DNA of 64,000 bases from Schmidtea polychroa (Eukaryota): assembly GCA_044892525.1 (NCBI GenBank), contig CM097885.1, positions 48,362,001-48,426,000 on the forward strand, written 5' to 3'. Of the stretch, positions 12,400 through 24,850 are shown in pieces. Numbering within the stretch: the first letter of the stretch is position 1; each line of letters starts with the position of its first letter. Made by a program: the position numbers and the translations under genes. The notes beneath the pieces are model-generated. The model worked only from the letters and a program-made list of their open reading frames with translations. It had not been told where the DNA came from and made no database searches.

Positions 12400-15300
12400 A
12401 GTGAGTAGGTAGATGTGTGGGGTCAAAAACAAAGACATGCCCAATTTCTTCATAAAAAAGCTATTTCGAAACGATTATCATAGAGGAGATGATGTCGAAG
12501 CATTCATTAAAGAATGCGATAAATATTTTAAAGTGGTACAAATGCCTATTTCAAGACAAGAAGTGATGATCGAAATACTGATCAATAAGCAGATCAGAGA
12601 TATATATACTGGAGTTGACCAAAATATCAAATGTTACAAGAAAAGATTGCGGAAGGCATTCGTCAAGAAAACAAGTTTGGCAGAGGATTTCCAATCTGCT
12701 ATGTCTTATTGACAGACAAGTGAGGAGCCCGGTAAATATTTTATTATCATAGACGAGTTAGTCGATAAAATATTGGGGCATGAGTTAAACAAGGAAAGTT
12801 TAACAGAAAATCTGTTGGTTGTGCTGCAAGAAGACTTTAAAACGAGAATTGTGTCTAAGTGACACCAAAGGAACAACAGAAGTGAAACAAAAATCAAAAA
12901 GTTACCTTTCGATAAGAACTAACATTAATGGACAAGTCAACTAATTTTTTTTGAATTGCATATGCAGTTTTATATTTCACTTTACCAAGAAAATAAGCGA
13001 TGATTGTCATTAATTACGAAAATGTATAAACTTAATATTATAAAAAGTTTACAAGATTTTATATTATTAAAATATACGCATAAATATTATTTAGCAGAAA
13101 AAATTTCTAAATAATTTACCAACTAATTATGCAAATTAAAATAACGAATCTCGTATAGTTGCAGAAGAGATCTATGCATTGAGAGAAAAAAGGTCAGAAC
13201 AGTATATAACAAGAAGTTACAGAGACGCGGTTACAAATCAAGCAAGAAATATTGTATCGCCAAGATATAATATCGAGCCGAAAGAGTATTGAGAAGAAAG
13301 ACCGATCCGAACTTATAACGAATAATGGACATATCACAAGGTAGGATATTTGAGTATAGATTGCATAACAAAGAAGGCAGTTACATGTTTTACATGTTGA
13401 AGACAAGGACACGTAAGAAGTCAGTGTCCACAGATGCAGAGAAAGGTAGTCAAATGTTATGACTGTTGTACCCCGGGACATGTGAGAAGAGATTGTCAAA
13501 AAATAAGGTGTACGAGGTGTAGCTTTGGAGGTCATAAAGAGGCAAATTGTTACACAAATTTGGAGATAATAGGATATTAGAGAATCAATGAGAATTTAGG
13601 AAGACAACAATAGCTATACGAAGCAGAGCATGGTTATCAAGGAACTAGAAAGGATACAAAACAAGCAGACAAAAGATACGTAGCATTCATAGACGAACCA
13701 AGTGATGAAAGAATAAAAGATAAATACAGAGAATACCCAAATATCAACGCCCCGATAGAAGAGAAGATAGTCGGAGCAGTGTATTAAACAGTGATGCTGA
13801 CCTCCAAATTATTAATTATTATAATAAAAGTAAAAAACATGTATTATAAAAAAATGTGAAAGATACAGAGGTAACGGAAGAAGAAAATAATGTAATAAGG
13901 AAAGTAAACAGATTCATAAAAAAAGTTTTTGCAGAAATAGAAAGAAACAAAATACAAATACTCACGTTAGATGAATGAAAAAATGATATTATTAATTATG
14001 ATAAAATGCAAAGCCGACCAAGTGTAACTATTAGAATACAAGACCAGAATATGGAATGCTTGCTCGATACTGGAGCTACAGCAAATGTCATGACTTGGAA
14101 CAAATTTGAGAAACTTAAAAATGTAGACATAACAACAACGACTGATACATTGAGATGTGCAAATAATAGTTTTTAAAAACGAAAGGTAAAGCAATATTAG
14201 AAATAAGAATAAATGGCAGGAAAAGAATGATAAAGTTTACGATAGTAAGATATATGAATCCAGAGGTAATTAGTGGTATAGAGTTGCAAAAAAAATTTGT
14301 ATTCAACTAAAGTTACCCGTAGAAAAGGTCGAGAAAACGAAGCAAAAACACATGTGCAGTATCGACGCCAAATTTGGAAAGACAATAACGGAGATGGAAC
14401 GATTTCAAAGAGCAAAGAATACTTTAAAGATAAAAACCCCGATACTACTAAACATTATAAAAAAGAATCAAAATGTTTTATGGCAGATAAATGGGACATT
14501 GACTGCACAAAGCTGATGAAGCATAAAATAGAATTTCAAGGGAAACCGATAAATATTAAACCTTGGAGACAACCAGTCAATTTGGAAAGTAAAATAGATG
14601 AAGCGATAAATAACTTATGAGAAAAAAATATGGGAAAAAAAAAGCTCGCTGACGCGGTGAGGCGTCGATGCCTTACGATACTTTATATAGTAGAGTGCGG
14701 CTCAGCTACCGAAAATTAAATCATAGCGCAAGAGGTTAACAGAATGCCATTTGGAATAGCAGCGGCACCAGGTACATTTCAAGAACTGATGGGAAAATTA
14801 TTAATGGGTACGAGAAATGCAGCATTATACCTAGACGATATTTTGATATTTACAGAAACGATCAATCATCACTACGAAGTTTTAAATGAAGTGCTGGATA
14901 AAATTGGAAAAGCGAATCTTAAGATAAACCCTGAAAAGTGTCATATCCTTAAAGAGGAAGTGAATTATTTAGGTCACATAATCAACAAGGATGGAATACA
15001 GACGGACCCGTCAAAGTTAGACGCGATTAAATCATTTGAAAAGCCAAAATGTGTTAAGAATCTGAGATGCTTCCAGGGAATAGGCAATTACTACAAAAGA
15101 TTTATAAAAGAATACTCAAAAAAGGCAAGAGTTTTAGAAGAGCTATGTGGGTTAAACAACAAAAAATTAATTTGGACTGACTGATGCAACATCACATTCG
15201 AAAAATTGAAACATGCTTAGTGTCCTCCCCAATTCTAGGGTTTCCAGATTTCATTATAAATACTGATGTGATTTTTAACACAATTGGAGCAGTATTATCA

Positions 15301-15570
15301 GAAAAAGACGACAACGTGTGTGAAAAGGTTATAGCATACGGTTCTCATGCAATAAGCAATCATGAAAAGGGATATTACATAAAAAGGAAAGAGTTGCTGG
15401 CAATCTATTATTTTTGTCAACACTTCAATGATTATTTATATGGAAAACGGTTCATTTTGAGAACGGGCCATAAAGCTATCGTGTTTATGTTATCCACAAA
15501 GAAACCAATAACAAAGCAATTTCAGACATAAATTTACTACTTCAGTAATCTGGAAATTAAAATAGAGTAT
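12400..15570 (+). mobile_element. Decayed Ty3/Gypsy LTR retrotransposon (gag, protease, RT, RNase H)
   Basis: A gag-like ORF starts at 12413. Three CCHC knuckles lie at ~13385-13550 (CFTC*RQGHVRSQC, CYDCCTPGHVRRDC, CTRCSFGGHKEANC). The protease motif CLLDTGA is at ~14057. RT reads MPFGIAAAPGTFQ...YLDDILIF and RNase H reads IGAVLSE...KELLAI...LYGKRFILRTGH. Many stops and frameshifts. Confidence 0.95.
14630..14739 (-). mobile_element. piggyBac-like terminal fragment inside the Gypsy RT
   Basis: A GC-richer ~100 bp block ends in GCGCAAGAGG-TTAA (reverse strand TTAA-CCTCTTGCGC). It sits where the N-terminal RT motifs are missing. Confidence 0.5.
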
Positions 15571-15589
15571 AGAAAAATAGAGTATAAAT

Positions 15590-16001
15590 GGTTTTTAAAA
15601 TATTTTATTCAACGCTAAAAATTTGTTTGGAAATTATACAGTATTTCTTTAAATAAAAACTTGGAATTATGCCGTTAACTTTTGAACCGGATTTAAAAAA
15701 TAATTTAGAAGATGTGTTAGCAGCTTTTAATAGTAGTAAATGGAATTATGGCGGAAATAGACATTATAGTTAATTTTCATTATAGATTTCACATATTTTC
15801 CATAGGTCTCTATTGCATTTCGATTGTTGGGCTAGAGTCAAAAAATTGAGTTTCTTTAAATTAGTCGGAATTATATAGCATGAAAACCGGTTAAAATCTA
15901 TGATTATGCATAAAATAAAACAAAGTAAAGTATACAACACTTGAAAATAAATTTAAAAAACGTATAATATAATTGATAAATGCAAGAAGTTGCAATCACT
16001 A
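15590..16001 (+). mobile_element. Possible hAT right-end remnant
   Basis: Degenerate coding-like stretch followed by GCAATCACTA. Its reverse complement TAGTGATTGC resembles the TAGTGATG left end at 23183. Confidence 0.35.
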
Positions 16002-16480
16002 ACATAGTTAAGAGAGAAATAGTGCATTTGAAGATTCGCCAATTCAAAATTAAATGAATAATAAAAAAATTAATTTTTCCTAAAACAACAAATATTTAAT
16101 CACAGATTATCTTATAATTTATCTATATAGAATCAACTAATAAGTTGCGTGTATAATTCAAATAATAAAATTCCAAATTTATAACTTCATTTGCTTTTCA
16201 TGAATTTTCCATTATTTCTTTTTTATTCACACTTTTAAATATTATGTTGTTTAAAAACTATTGTGCAAAGCAATATTTTAAATTATGTTAATTTAATTAT
16301 TATATTAATTTAATAAAGTTATTTTTTATTATTTAATAGAATTTTTTTATTTTAATTTGCATAATTAGTTGGTAAATTATTTAGAAATTTTTTCTGCTAA
16401 ATAATATTTATGCGTATATTTTAATAATATAAAATCTTGTAAACTTTTTATAATATTAAGTTTATACATTTTCGTAATTA

Positions 16481-17211
16481 ATGACAATCATAGCTTATTT
16501 TCTTGGTAAAGTGAAATATAAAACTGCATATGCAATTCAAAAAAAATTAGTTGACTTGTCCATTAATGTTAGTTCTTATCGAAAGGTAAACACTATTTTA
16601 TTATTAGAACATTTCCCAGTTTATACTGTGGGAATTCGTAATCAAGATTCAATTATAGAATATAATGAAGATTATATTAAATATTTAGAATCGAAAGGTG
16701 CTGAATTTGTCAAGTGAATATAATCTATATTTTTTCTATTCTTCTATAGCTTGGTTTTTGTAGAACAGATCGAGGAGGGCTTGTTACTTTTCATGGCCCT
16801 GGACAACTTGTTGCATATCCTATATTAAATTTAAAATCGCCAGGTTTTAAGAACAGCATAAAATGGTATGTTGAAACTCTTGAAGAAACCATAATAGATA
16901 CTTGCTCAACATTTGGTTTGGAAACCAAAAGAACAAATGATGTTGGAATTTGGGTTTCTGAGCTTCGTAAAATTGCATCTATTGGAATTCATAATCGGAA
17001 CTCAATAACTTATCATGGAATGGCACTGAATTGTAATATAGATCTAGGTTGGTTTAATCATATAGTTTCATGTGGATTAGTCGGGAAAACTATGACCTCA
17101 TTGTCTGTGGAGTTGAATCAGCAAGTTTCGACAAGCGATGTAGCAAGCAGCTTTTTGAGATGTTTTGAAAATCGTTTCGGCAAAAATGTTAATTTAATTG
17201 ATTTGTCCTAA
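16481..17211 (+). CDS. LIPT2: Mitochondrial octanoyl(lipoyl)transferase 2, LipB family; exons 16481-16713 and 16764-17211; 226 aa
   Basis: Motifs LLLEHFPVYTVGIR, TDRGGLVTFHGPGQLVAYPILNL, VGIWVSELRKIASIGIH and TYHGMALNCNIDLGWFNHIVSCG. A 50 nt GT-AG intron (16714-16763) joins the exons in frame. Confidence 0.96.
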
Positions 17212-17526
17212 TAAATAATAATAATAATAAAAATAATAATGCTTATTTATATCGAATAAGTTTGGATTACTAAGAATTTTTTGGATAATTCAAACATTAC
17301 ATTAATTCAGCGGTTTCCAACCTTTATGCTACCGAGCCTCCCCAAACAAATTTTTTACTTTGCGCCTCCCCATATTTTTTCTAATATATATATATAATAA
17401 TATAAACACGTTTTAAACAATAATAACTTTATTACAAAAAAAATTAAAACTACAATTAACAGAATAAAAACAAGGTTTTGCTATAACATACGAGCATGTA
17501 TATTTATTTGTTTATTAAATTACTAA

Positions 17527-18300
17527 TTAACTCTACGTCGGTAGCGCCCATTTTTCTTACATCGTCGGTCGCGTGGGGTTTTTAAAGGCCCGGAGCTTAG
17601 AAAAACCGACATAACTTTTTAATTATTTAAGTTACAGGTTTTTCGGTCTCAATAGCTGCCTAAATAACAAGTACGCACTTTGCAATATATGCGCGGCTGA
17701 GTTTTCGCGCGATACCTGAGTAGAGCAGGTTTTTGTTCGTGCGCGGGTCTGTAAAGACCCCACGCGACCGATTACGTATTTTTTTTTGCTTGAAAAAATT
17801 TACAAAACCTAGAAAAAATTTCTCAAAACATTAGATTTTTCTCTTTTTGATGACTACCTGAAATTTAGAAGTACAGTAATACCCCGTTTTACGTACACTA
17901 AAATAAAAGTATAAAACTACATGCATAATATCCCTCTTTTTCTTTTTATTTATATGTTTATTGTTTTAGTTTATTTCAAACATATTATTCATCAATAAAA
18001 GCAGTAGATTCATTTTACGTACATTTTTGTTTTACGTACACGCTTCGGTCCCAAAGTGCGGGGTATTACTGTACTATACAAACCCTCATACCGACATATT
18101 ATGCACTTCATAGTTACAATATTTTACAAGAACAATCTCAAAATGAAGTTCGACCAGCCATAAAAAGATGCATACATTGCCCTCAAAATCTTGGCAGAAA
18201 ATATTCGACAGTATGCGTTTCATGCGGTAAAATATATGCCCTAGACACGCGGCGTCAATTTGTGCAAGCTGTTCGGAAGATCAAAATGTAGAGTGATTTT
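17527..18300 (+). mobile_element. piggyBac remnant nested in the hAT element
   Basis: Begins TTAA-CTCTACGTCGG, with internal inverted repeat TCGGTCGCGTGGGGT / ACCCCACGCGACCGA. ~18160-18295 encodes the frameshifted Cys-rich tail KRCIHCPQNLGRKYSTVCVSCGK..CPRHAASICASCSEDQNVE*, typical of piggyBac transposase C-termini. Confidence 0.7.
17874..18071. mobile_element. pogo/Tigger-type (Tc1-mariner) MITE, 198 bp
   Basis: TA-CAGTAATACCCCG ... CGGGGTATTACTG-TA: a 13 bp perfect TIR with TA target duplication. Confidence 0.88.
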
Positions 18301-18589
18301 TTATATTTTTTTATATGTATAGTTATAAGTATCTTGATGTTTAAAGGTAAAGAATGCCTGGAATTCGACATTTCTTGTCATTGTGTAAAAAAGTTTAAAT
18401 TTTTTATTTTTTATTTGGTAATTTTAAACTCGAATTGCTAAAAATGACGAAATAATAATTATGGTATGAAAATTATTTTTTTACCCAAAAGTTTTTTTGC
18501 GCGCCTCCAGGGTTGGAAACCACTGCATTAAGAGGAAAAATAGGCCAATAAATTATAAGCGATGAATATAAAATCTATAAGATCTAAAT

Positions 18590-19240
18590 GAAATTGAGCG
18601 CTAATGATTTCAGAATTGATTGTCAAATATCAGAAGAAGTTGATTTGAGAATCAAAGTAATTTGGAATGTTGCATATTTTGGGTAAGTAATACCGTTGGA
18701 GCCACTATTAGTTATGATGCAACCCCTGGCCTCCTTGGGAACGGAGGAGCTTTGCAGGGTGTAAATTTTATCGGGGATGTTGTGGTTGGTTCATTCTTGA
18801 TGACTGGCAAGAAATTATCGTCATTGGAAGGACTAGGGATAACTACAGTTGCGACTAACAACATTAAATGTTCGTGGGAATTAGTACGAGATAGACGAGT
18901 GATATTTTCATTATTTGGATAATTATTAATGGGATCTGATTGAATCAGTACTGTCCAAAAGTTCGCTTGGTTCATTATCTTTTGTTTCCATTTCATTTTT
19001 GTCATCAGCCAATTTGATTGAATTTTTACGATAAATTCTAATAATTTAACGTTTTATGGCGCTGCTTTTTTGTATGGAGAAGTTTCTTTAATAATGAAGC
19101 AGTCGCACAATGAGGCCAATAATATGATAATAACAATTGCTTAGCTTAGAACGATAATTAATGGAATTATATTATCATTGCTTATTTGTAAATATTGCAT
19201 CGGTGCTGAATTGCAAAATCCGACAATTCCTAATAGAAAT
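18590..19240 (-). pseudogene. Coding-like fragment of unknown identity (hydrophobic stretch followed by a Pro/Thr-rich tail)
   Basis: ORF 18712-19005 has higher GC than its flanks, and the neighbouring frames are broken. No family recognised. Confidence 0.25.
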
Positions 19241-20424
19241 GGATAAAATGTAATTCAAATGAATTTGACAATAAGCTATATTAAAATAAACATTTTAACA
19301 CATTTAATTATTTTTTAAAAAATTAAAAACAACACTACAAAAGATAACAACTTTTTCGTATCTCCTGTAGGAAGTGGTTAAAATCACGTTTCAAAATAAG
19401 TATGAATTAGTGTCCACCATTGACCTTGAAAAGTGCATTTATTGAGATTTTAGTATATTAACGACAGTTTCTTAGTTTTTCAACATCAATTATTTTAAAA
19501 CTTCTTACAACAGATGAAAGTATCGTTTAAACCCAAATATTCAGTTTGAAAACAATTAATATGAAATTCAACATCATGTCTATTATCAGTAAGACAAATA
19601 ACTACTTCAAATGAACTATATTCAATTACTTGTTTGGCATCTTTATTTATTGTCTGCTATTTTTTGCAAACACATCTCTTCTTGACTATCCATCAGTATT
19701 ATTATGTTCTTCTCTTCCTATATTTCAGTTCAAAGTCGTCGTATTATATATGTATAGAACTGTCCAGTTCCTGATTTCACGTGTTTTATAAAAAGCAATT
19801 AGTCGAACTATACCCAACGTATTTTTGTATTCAAAATTTGATAATATAATCTACAAATTACAAAACTTGAAAGGTCTATTTCGACTATCCTATAGGTCCC
19901 TCTGTGACCGCTTTGGTTCTGCACGTTCTACAATAATAATAATAATAACCTCTTTTCTTTAATTCCTTTTTTTCTCTTCTGGTTTTGATCATCTTTTTAA
20001 TCCTACTGTCAAATTGTTCGTCCCTACCTGAATCAAAATGCAGATTTTTTTAAAGTTTTACTTCCTTTATATAGTTAAAATAATCGCACTGATATATTAG
20101 CGTTTTAATGAAGTCATCTACATTTGACAATCTTTACAGTTTTTTTGATTTTTCATTTTGTCGTCGGTAAAAGAAATAATTAATTGTCCCACCGTGTATC
20201 CTCCTTTGGATAATCTTTTTCCATTTTCCCATTACTCATGCTGTAATGATAATGGACTTCGTTAACTTCTCTTTCTGTTTTATTAGCTCGAGTTTTTCTT
20301 AATTAATTAACAATTTTATGTTTTTGTACGTTTAGATGCATTGCGACACATTTTGAACAAATTCTAATAAATACATTCTTGCCATTTTCTTCATAATCGT
20401 CACATCCGCATCTGACCCGCTTTT

Positions 20425-20583
20425 CATATTTTAATAAATATGCCAATTTTGATTTTTATTCCTATCTTTTGAAAGCATTTTTTTTAATAATAAATAAAAA
20501 ATTTAAAAAAATATGCTTTCAAAAGATGGGAATAAAAATTAAAAAACATAAAAATAAAAATTGACACATTTATTAAAATATTT
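20425..20583. repeat. Short AT-rich inverted repeat (MITE-like hairpin)
   Basis: ATTTTTATTCCTATCTTTTGAAAGCAT pairs with ATGCTTTCAAAAGATGGGAATAAAAAT. The outer ATATTTTAATAAAT pairs with ATTTATTAAAATAT. Confidence 0.75.
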
Positions 20584-20697
20584 AAATCGCGTATATTTTC
20601 ATTAAATACATTATTCGCAGCAAAAGGCTTAAATTATCACTTTATTGTTCTAAATAATAGATGCTGCTATCAATAAATCATCACTTAATAATAATAA

Positions 20698-21600
20698 TGT
20701 TAGGATAGGGTCTAATGACAGATAGCCGTAAAGGGGCTAAGATTTCAATAATTTTGAATTATATATAAATAATTATTATAAATAGAAATTAGGAATATAT
20801 AAATACTATAAATATGTAAATAACTACTATAAATATAAATATTCTAAAAACAGTATAAATTAATTACTATAAATAAGATAGATATTAAATATTGGAATTT
20901 ATAATATATATTATTTATAAATAGTAAATATTAATTAATCATTCAAATCCTCCGAAAAGAATAGCACAACAATGACAATACTCTAAGAACACAACTATTT
21001 GACTACTTCCAGTAACCGGCGATTCGAGAAATTTATCTGGCTGTTTTTAACGTGATTTAAGTTTCTCAACTACCTCTGAATCACTAATACGCAACTGTTT
21101 CCTAATTCTCAACACCTTTTTTTCGTAGCAAATTTTGTCTCGTCACATATTTTCTCTTGCTCTGTTAATTTGTGTTCAGTTTTTATACTTTTCCATCTGA
21201 TGGCACATACTGATAATTTATTCCTTTCCATTGGCCTTTCGTAATCTCTGACAGCTGTCGAAATATATGTATTTTTTGACAATCCCATCTCTCCGGTTTC
21301 CCATGCATTTCCATTCTCTGTCTCAAGTAGGCCATCGAGTTAACACGATAATCTAAATTTTGGTTTACTTTCTGTTTTACTTCTTTTGACTTGAACTTAT
21401 TAGTTAAGAATGACACTCTTTTATTTAATTGTCTATTTTTAATGATTTCTTCTTTTCCCTTCTCATTTTGAAATATCTCTCTTCTACTCCTATATACCTA
21501 TATGTCCCATTCATTTATCATCATTTCCCTCCTCCAATTATTTTACGCATTTAATGATTATTTTTCTTTTATAATTTAGGTATCTTCAACACAATTCACT
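20698..21600 (-). mobile_element. Decayed LTR-retrotransposon 3' region (pol tail plus possible LTR edge)
   Basis: Purine-rich broken reading frames on the minus strand end in ...KSR*KQPDKF, like Gypsy integrase tails. There is a sharp TGTTAGG edge at 20698, and the AT-rich block resembles 10835-10930/11630-11720. Confidence 0.4.
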
Positions 21601-22499
21601 TGCAACGTACAAGTACGACTCAGAATAAATAAAAACAGTGTAAAAAAGTAATTTGTAATTTTTTTATAATTATAAAAAATGTGTTTCAGACCCGTTCAAA
21701 TGTTTCATAATTCAAATTGAATTTCCCAGAGAAACCAACTAAGTTAAATTTTTAAATTCCAATCAAATTAAAGAAGACCAAATTTTCATATCTGGTATCA
21801 TCAATTTCGAATGAAGACTTAATATTGCTTAAATAAATGTGGTAATTGCAGATAATCCACATTTTACCCCTTCGTGTCGTTTCCAACGTAACCCAGAATA
21901 CAATGGTTTACATTACTATCCCACACCCGTTAAGCGATCAACGTTGGTGATGTGTCGCTTGAGTAAATACTCACGAGAAGTTAGTGTACCCCTGTCCGAT
22001 GGTCCCCTTATTCTATGCTACTTTCAGTAGAGCAGGAACTTTGACAATGCTAACTATATTGTTCAGAAATTAAAATTATTTCGCTAAAAAATCAATAAAT
22101 CAACTAAAAAAATCTAAATGTTACAGATTAATTAATTTAAGAAAACATAATGGTAATGTTTTCAAAATTACATAATGAATGTTTTTAACAATAAATCTCG
22201 ATGTGAAAAATTTGGCTTTCTGAAACAACAAAAAAATCAAACAGGCAACATTGTTATTGACACTTAAATTATATATGTATATGCTGTCTGTCACGCTATT
22301 TTCTACACATTCTGATCACATTTCATCTATGTGGGCTTAAAATCAGATTTTGCCCAACAAAGGATTCAATGAATTTAAATTTGATTTGTTATAACATAAT
22401 AATTAGTAAGATTAGTATTTTGGTAAGCATTTCGAGATAAAGCATTTATAGACATCACTATCTTATCTCATTCAAGGTTACAAAATAATAGTACATTTT

Positions 22500-22847
22500 G
22501 GTATCCGGACTATTCGTCCCCGGACGACTATTCGCCTGGAAGATTCATCCACGGACTGTTCATCCAAAATACTAATTTTATATTAGAAAAAAGAAATAAA
22601 AAAATTTAGTTTTAATTAAATACAAGTTAGTACAGTACAATTATTATACCATTCTAAGTATTATTTTGCTTAAATTTGTAATTTAATTTAGTTTTATTTT
22701 TTAATTTCTTTTTTCTAATATAAAATTAGTATTTTGGATAAACAGTCCGTTGATGAATCGTCCGGAGACGAAAGGTCCACTAGATGGACAGTCCACTGAA
22801 TGAGTCGCCCGTGGATCAACAGTCCGGGGACGAATAGTCCTAGAACA
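22500..22847. mobile_element. Mutator (MULE)-type MITE with long subrepeated TIRs
   Basis: GGACTATTCGTCCCCGGAC pairs with GTCCGGGGACGAATAGTCC, and ATCCAAAATACTAATTTT with AAAATTAGTATTTTGGAT. Flanks GTACATTTT and ATACTTTTT match at 7 of 9 positions as a TSD. Confidence 0.8.
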
Positions 22848-23182
22848 ATACTTTTTAATATAGAGTCTTTATTCATATAGTGACACGAATCATTCAAATA
22901 TCTAAAAAATATTTAACTACAAGACGATTAGAAAATGAGGAAGGAGAATTATTTCAAAAGGATTGAAGACAAAAATTATCCAGATGAGATAAAACAACTA
23001 ATGTATAAAAAACCTGAAATTTGTTTACTGTTATAATTAACTCATGTTCTGTTTAAGTAGGTTTCGTGCAGCACTTCTTGCTTGTGTTTAATTGCTCTTT
23101 TAATTTGGTTATTTTACTTTAGTGTGCAGTGTCTTCTGTTATTTTTTGTTTATTTGATGTTTCTTACGCTATTGAGTAAACT

Positions 23183-24350
23183 TAGTGATGACAGTTTTCG
23201 GTCATAAACCGAATTTGACCATATTTAACCGCCTATGTATGCAATTTCGGTTGGAAACCGATTTCAACCGGTACTTTAGGTTTGTTAATGTTAAATTAAA
23301 TCAGTGTAAACAAAAAAACCTCAACCATGCGCACACAGACGCTACATTATTAAATAGGATTAACCAATATTGATATATTGTAATGAAATTATTAAAAAAT
23401 TAAAATTAGTTATCATAAAATGAGTGGCAATAGAAAAAAGACAGCTAAAGAATTGGAAAATCGAATTTCCTGATAATTTGATGATATCAAAGAAGCAAAT
23501 GACAACCAAAATGAAAGAATCAGTAATAATTGAAAGATTAAGATGTAAATATTGAGTTTGAATTCTATAGTAAAATCTCAAATAGATTTCATGAGCATAT
23601 ATTCGAGTCTAAGAAACATTCAAAACAAAAAGAATCCGCAAAAAAAAGAGAAAAATCCAAAAAACAGTTGAGCTTAATGGCGACACAAATTAGACAAAAA
23701 AGAAAAATAACAGAAATCCCAATCTTTTTATCATGAATTTGTTTATTCTTAACATTATCTGCAATCCCAATTATTAAAGCAAATGGACTTATAGGACAAT
23801 TGTTGAAAAAACGGATTTCTGTGGCGCGTACAATACCTGGAAGAATACAATTAAGAGATAAATATATGCCTGGAATTTCTCAGTCATTTCGATCAAATAA
23901 AAAAGAAAATAGAACATCATAAAATGATCATAATAATATACGAATCACCGAATATCCTCGGGAGAAAAACAATTAATACGATATTTTCCTTTTATGACAG
24001 TGAATTGAAAAATAAGAATGTGTAACTGGGTGATCTTTCGTTCACTAAGGAGTGCAATGGCCGTGTTATTAAAAAATAATTTGTAATATTTAACTCTCAT
24101 AAAACCGAAAATGGTGTGATATTATTTCAATTTCTAATGATTCAGCACCTTACATGAAGAAATTTATTTCGATTGTTCGAAGAGGTTTACTCAAAATTGA
24201 TTCATATTAAAGACATCCCTCACTTGATTCATGGGGTTGTCAGTCAGGCCTTTTCTATAAAAGAAATAAGTAATATACGAGAAATTATTATCAAATTTCG
24301 AAATATTATTATCAATGCAAATAAACTCCTGAATCAATTTTGATTTAATT
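23183..24350 (+). mobile_element. Degenerate hAT element (CGGBP1-like transposase remnant)
   Basis: Left end TAGTGATGACAG with AACCG/CGGT subterminal repeats. Broken frames include VARTIPGRIQLRDKYMPGI and DSAPYMKK...SKLIHIKDIPHLIHGVV, resembling the hAT D.A.YM...CxxH region. Confidence 0.6.
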
Positions 24351-24669
24351 CTTGAGGAAAATGCCAAGAAGCTGCAAAAGCCATAACAAGTAGTTGATTA
24401 TATATGACTCTCTTATTATGTTACTGCTAATGATATCATTGAGTTGTGGCCATACTTATGCGAATTTGTTTTTTTGTCTTTCAACAAAAAAATTTTCAAT
24501 CCCGACTGAGCCCCCCAATTTGTATGGTGGGAAACTGGTGGTCAATTGTTTATTTTTTAGTGATGTTACCAGCGTAACTAAAATTCAACATTGTTTGAGT
24601 AATCAACGTCGGTCCTGTATCATAATCCATACTTCAGACTTGCAATTCATACTTTACGGATTCATAAGC

Positions 24670-24850
24670 TATATATTATATATAGTTATAGTTTATATTC
24701 TTTAGAATTCATCACTTATATTTATGGATATCGAAATTATAGTTTATAACCCAAATTATACTTTATAGTTTGTAATTTACATTTTATGCATAAGTTACAT
24801 TCTATAATTTATGGGCAATATAAACTTATAGTTTATATTTTTATATATAA
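24670..24850 (+). repeat. Degenerate TTATAGTTTATA short-period repeat immediately left of the array
   Basis: TTATAGTTT recurs at ~24687, 24737, 24763 and 24826. Confidence 0.6.

Larger units (their letters stand above)
17308..18525. mobile_element. Non-autonomous hAT element carrying nested insertions
   Basis: TIRs CAGCGGTTTCCAACC and GGTTGGAAACCACTG. Flanks CATTAATT and CATTAAGA match at 6 of 8 positions as a TSD. GCCTCC subterminal motifs occur at both ends. Confidence 0.8.

Noticed and set aside
19560..20400. Possible minus-strand gag-like remnant
   Set aside because: Purine skew is suggestive, but no motif is intact enough to support a call.
21835..22050. Telomerase RNA, U3 or U6atac
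   Set aside because: There is no full CTAACCCT template. TACTTTCAG and GAGAAG.TTAG...CCCCT resemblances are short and lack the neighbouring conserved boxes.
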